This document shows positions 63,874 to 64,000 of a stretch of DNA of 64,000 nt, piece by piece. Positions within the stretch are counted from its first letter, which is position 1. The number at the start of each line of letters is the position of its first letter. The stretch is from Squalus acanthias. Lineage: Eukaryota. The notes below the pieces were generated by a model. It made no database searches and had not been told where the DNA came from. It saw only the letters and a program-made list of their open reading frames with translations. Made by a program: the position numbers and the translations under genes. Location of the stretch: contig JASTWF010000034.1 in assembly GCA_030390025.1 (NCBI GenBank), positions 1,922,001-1,986,000 on the forward strand, in the 5' to 3' direction.

Positions 63874-64000
63874 CGGTTCGGTTGTCTGGACCACTCAGGA
63901 GGAGCCCTGCAGTAATCTCAAGAGCGAGATTCCCTCTTCATTGTTGAGTGCTGCATTCTTCATAACATTGCAAACATGAGGACCCAGCCATTGCCACCAG
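63874..64000 (+). pseudogene. HARBI1-like transposase pseudogene, 3' continuation
   Basis: RFGCLDHSGGALQ*SQERDSLFIVECCILHNIA continues directly from ...GILTQR at 53069. Confidence 0.88.

Larger units (their letters stand above)
51710..64000 (+). mobile_element. PIF/Harbinger DNA transposon, split by a 10.8-kb nested insertion
   Basis: Probable left TIR GGGGGGAAAAGTCGG at 51710. Transposase remnants at 52187-53069 and 63874-64000. Confidence 0.75.

Overview
Repeat-dense vertebrate genomic DNA, very probably a shark or ray, judged from CR1/HER1-type LINEs, an HE1-like V-SINE, simple satellites and a GPR139-like receptor exon. There is one 500-N gap (17497-17996). The only clear host coding sequence is an intact 300-codon GPR139/142-like GPCR exon (49141-50042, minus). 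The highlight is a young 7,112-bp LTR element (55248-62359, minus). It has 811-bp LTRs differing at 2 positions by my reading, a GGAC TSD, a perfect tRNA-Leu PBS and a PPT. It encodes a budding-type Gag with three ESCRT late-domain motifs, a splice-bounded 137-aa orphan ORF and a paramyxo/pneumovirus-F-like class I envelope, but no pol at all. It sits inside a CR1 that itself sits inside a Harbinger transposase. A related solo LTR at 3935-5017 appears to have an extended U5 that has absorbed extra PBS copies. Also present: a four-unit ~3.6-4.7 kb tandem duplication carrying tRNA-Lys pseudogenes, a large diverged inverted duplication, a second solo LTR, a YY1-motif minisatellite just 3' of the GPCR, and many satellites. 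Family assignments come from motif recognition by eye; no database searches were run.
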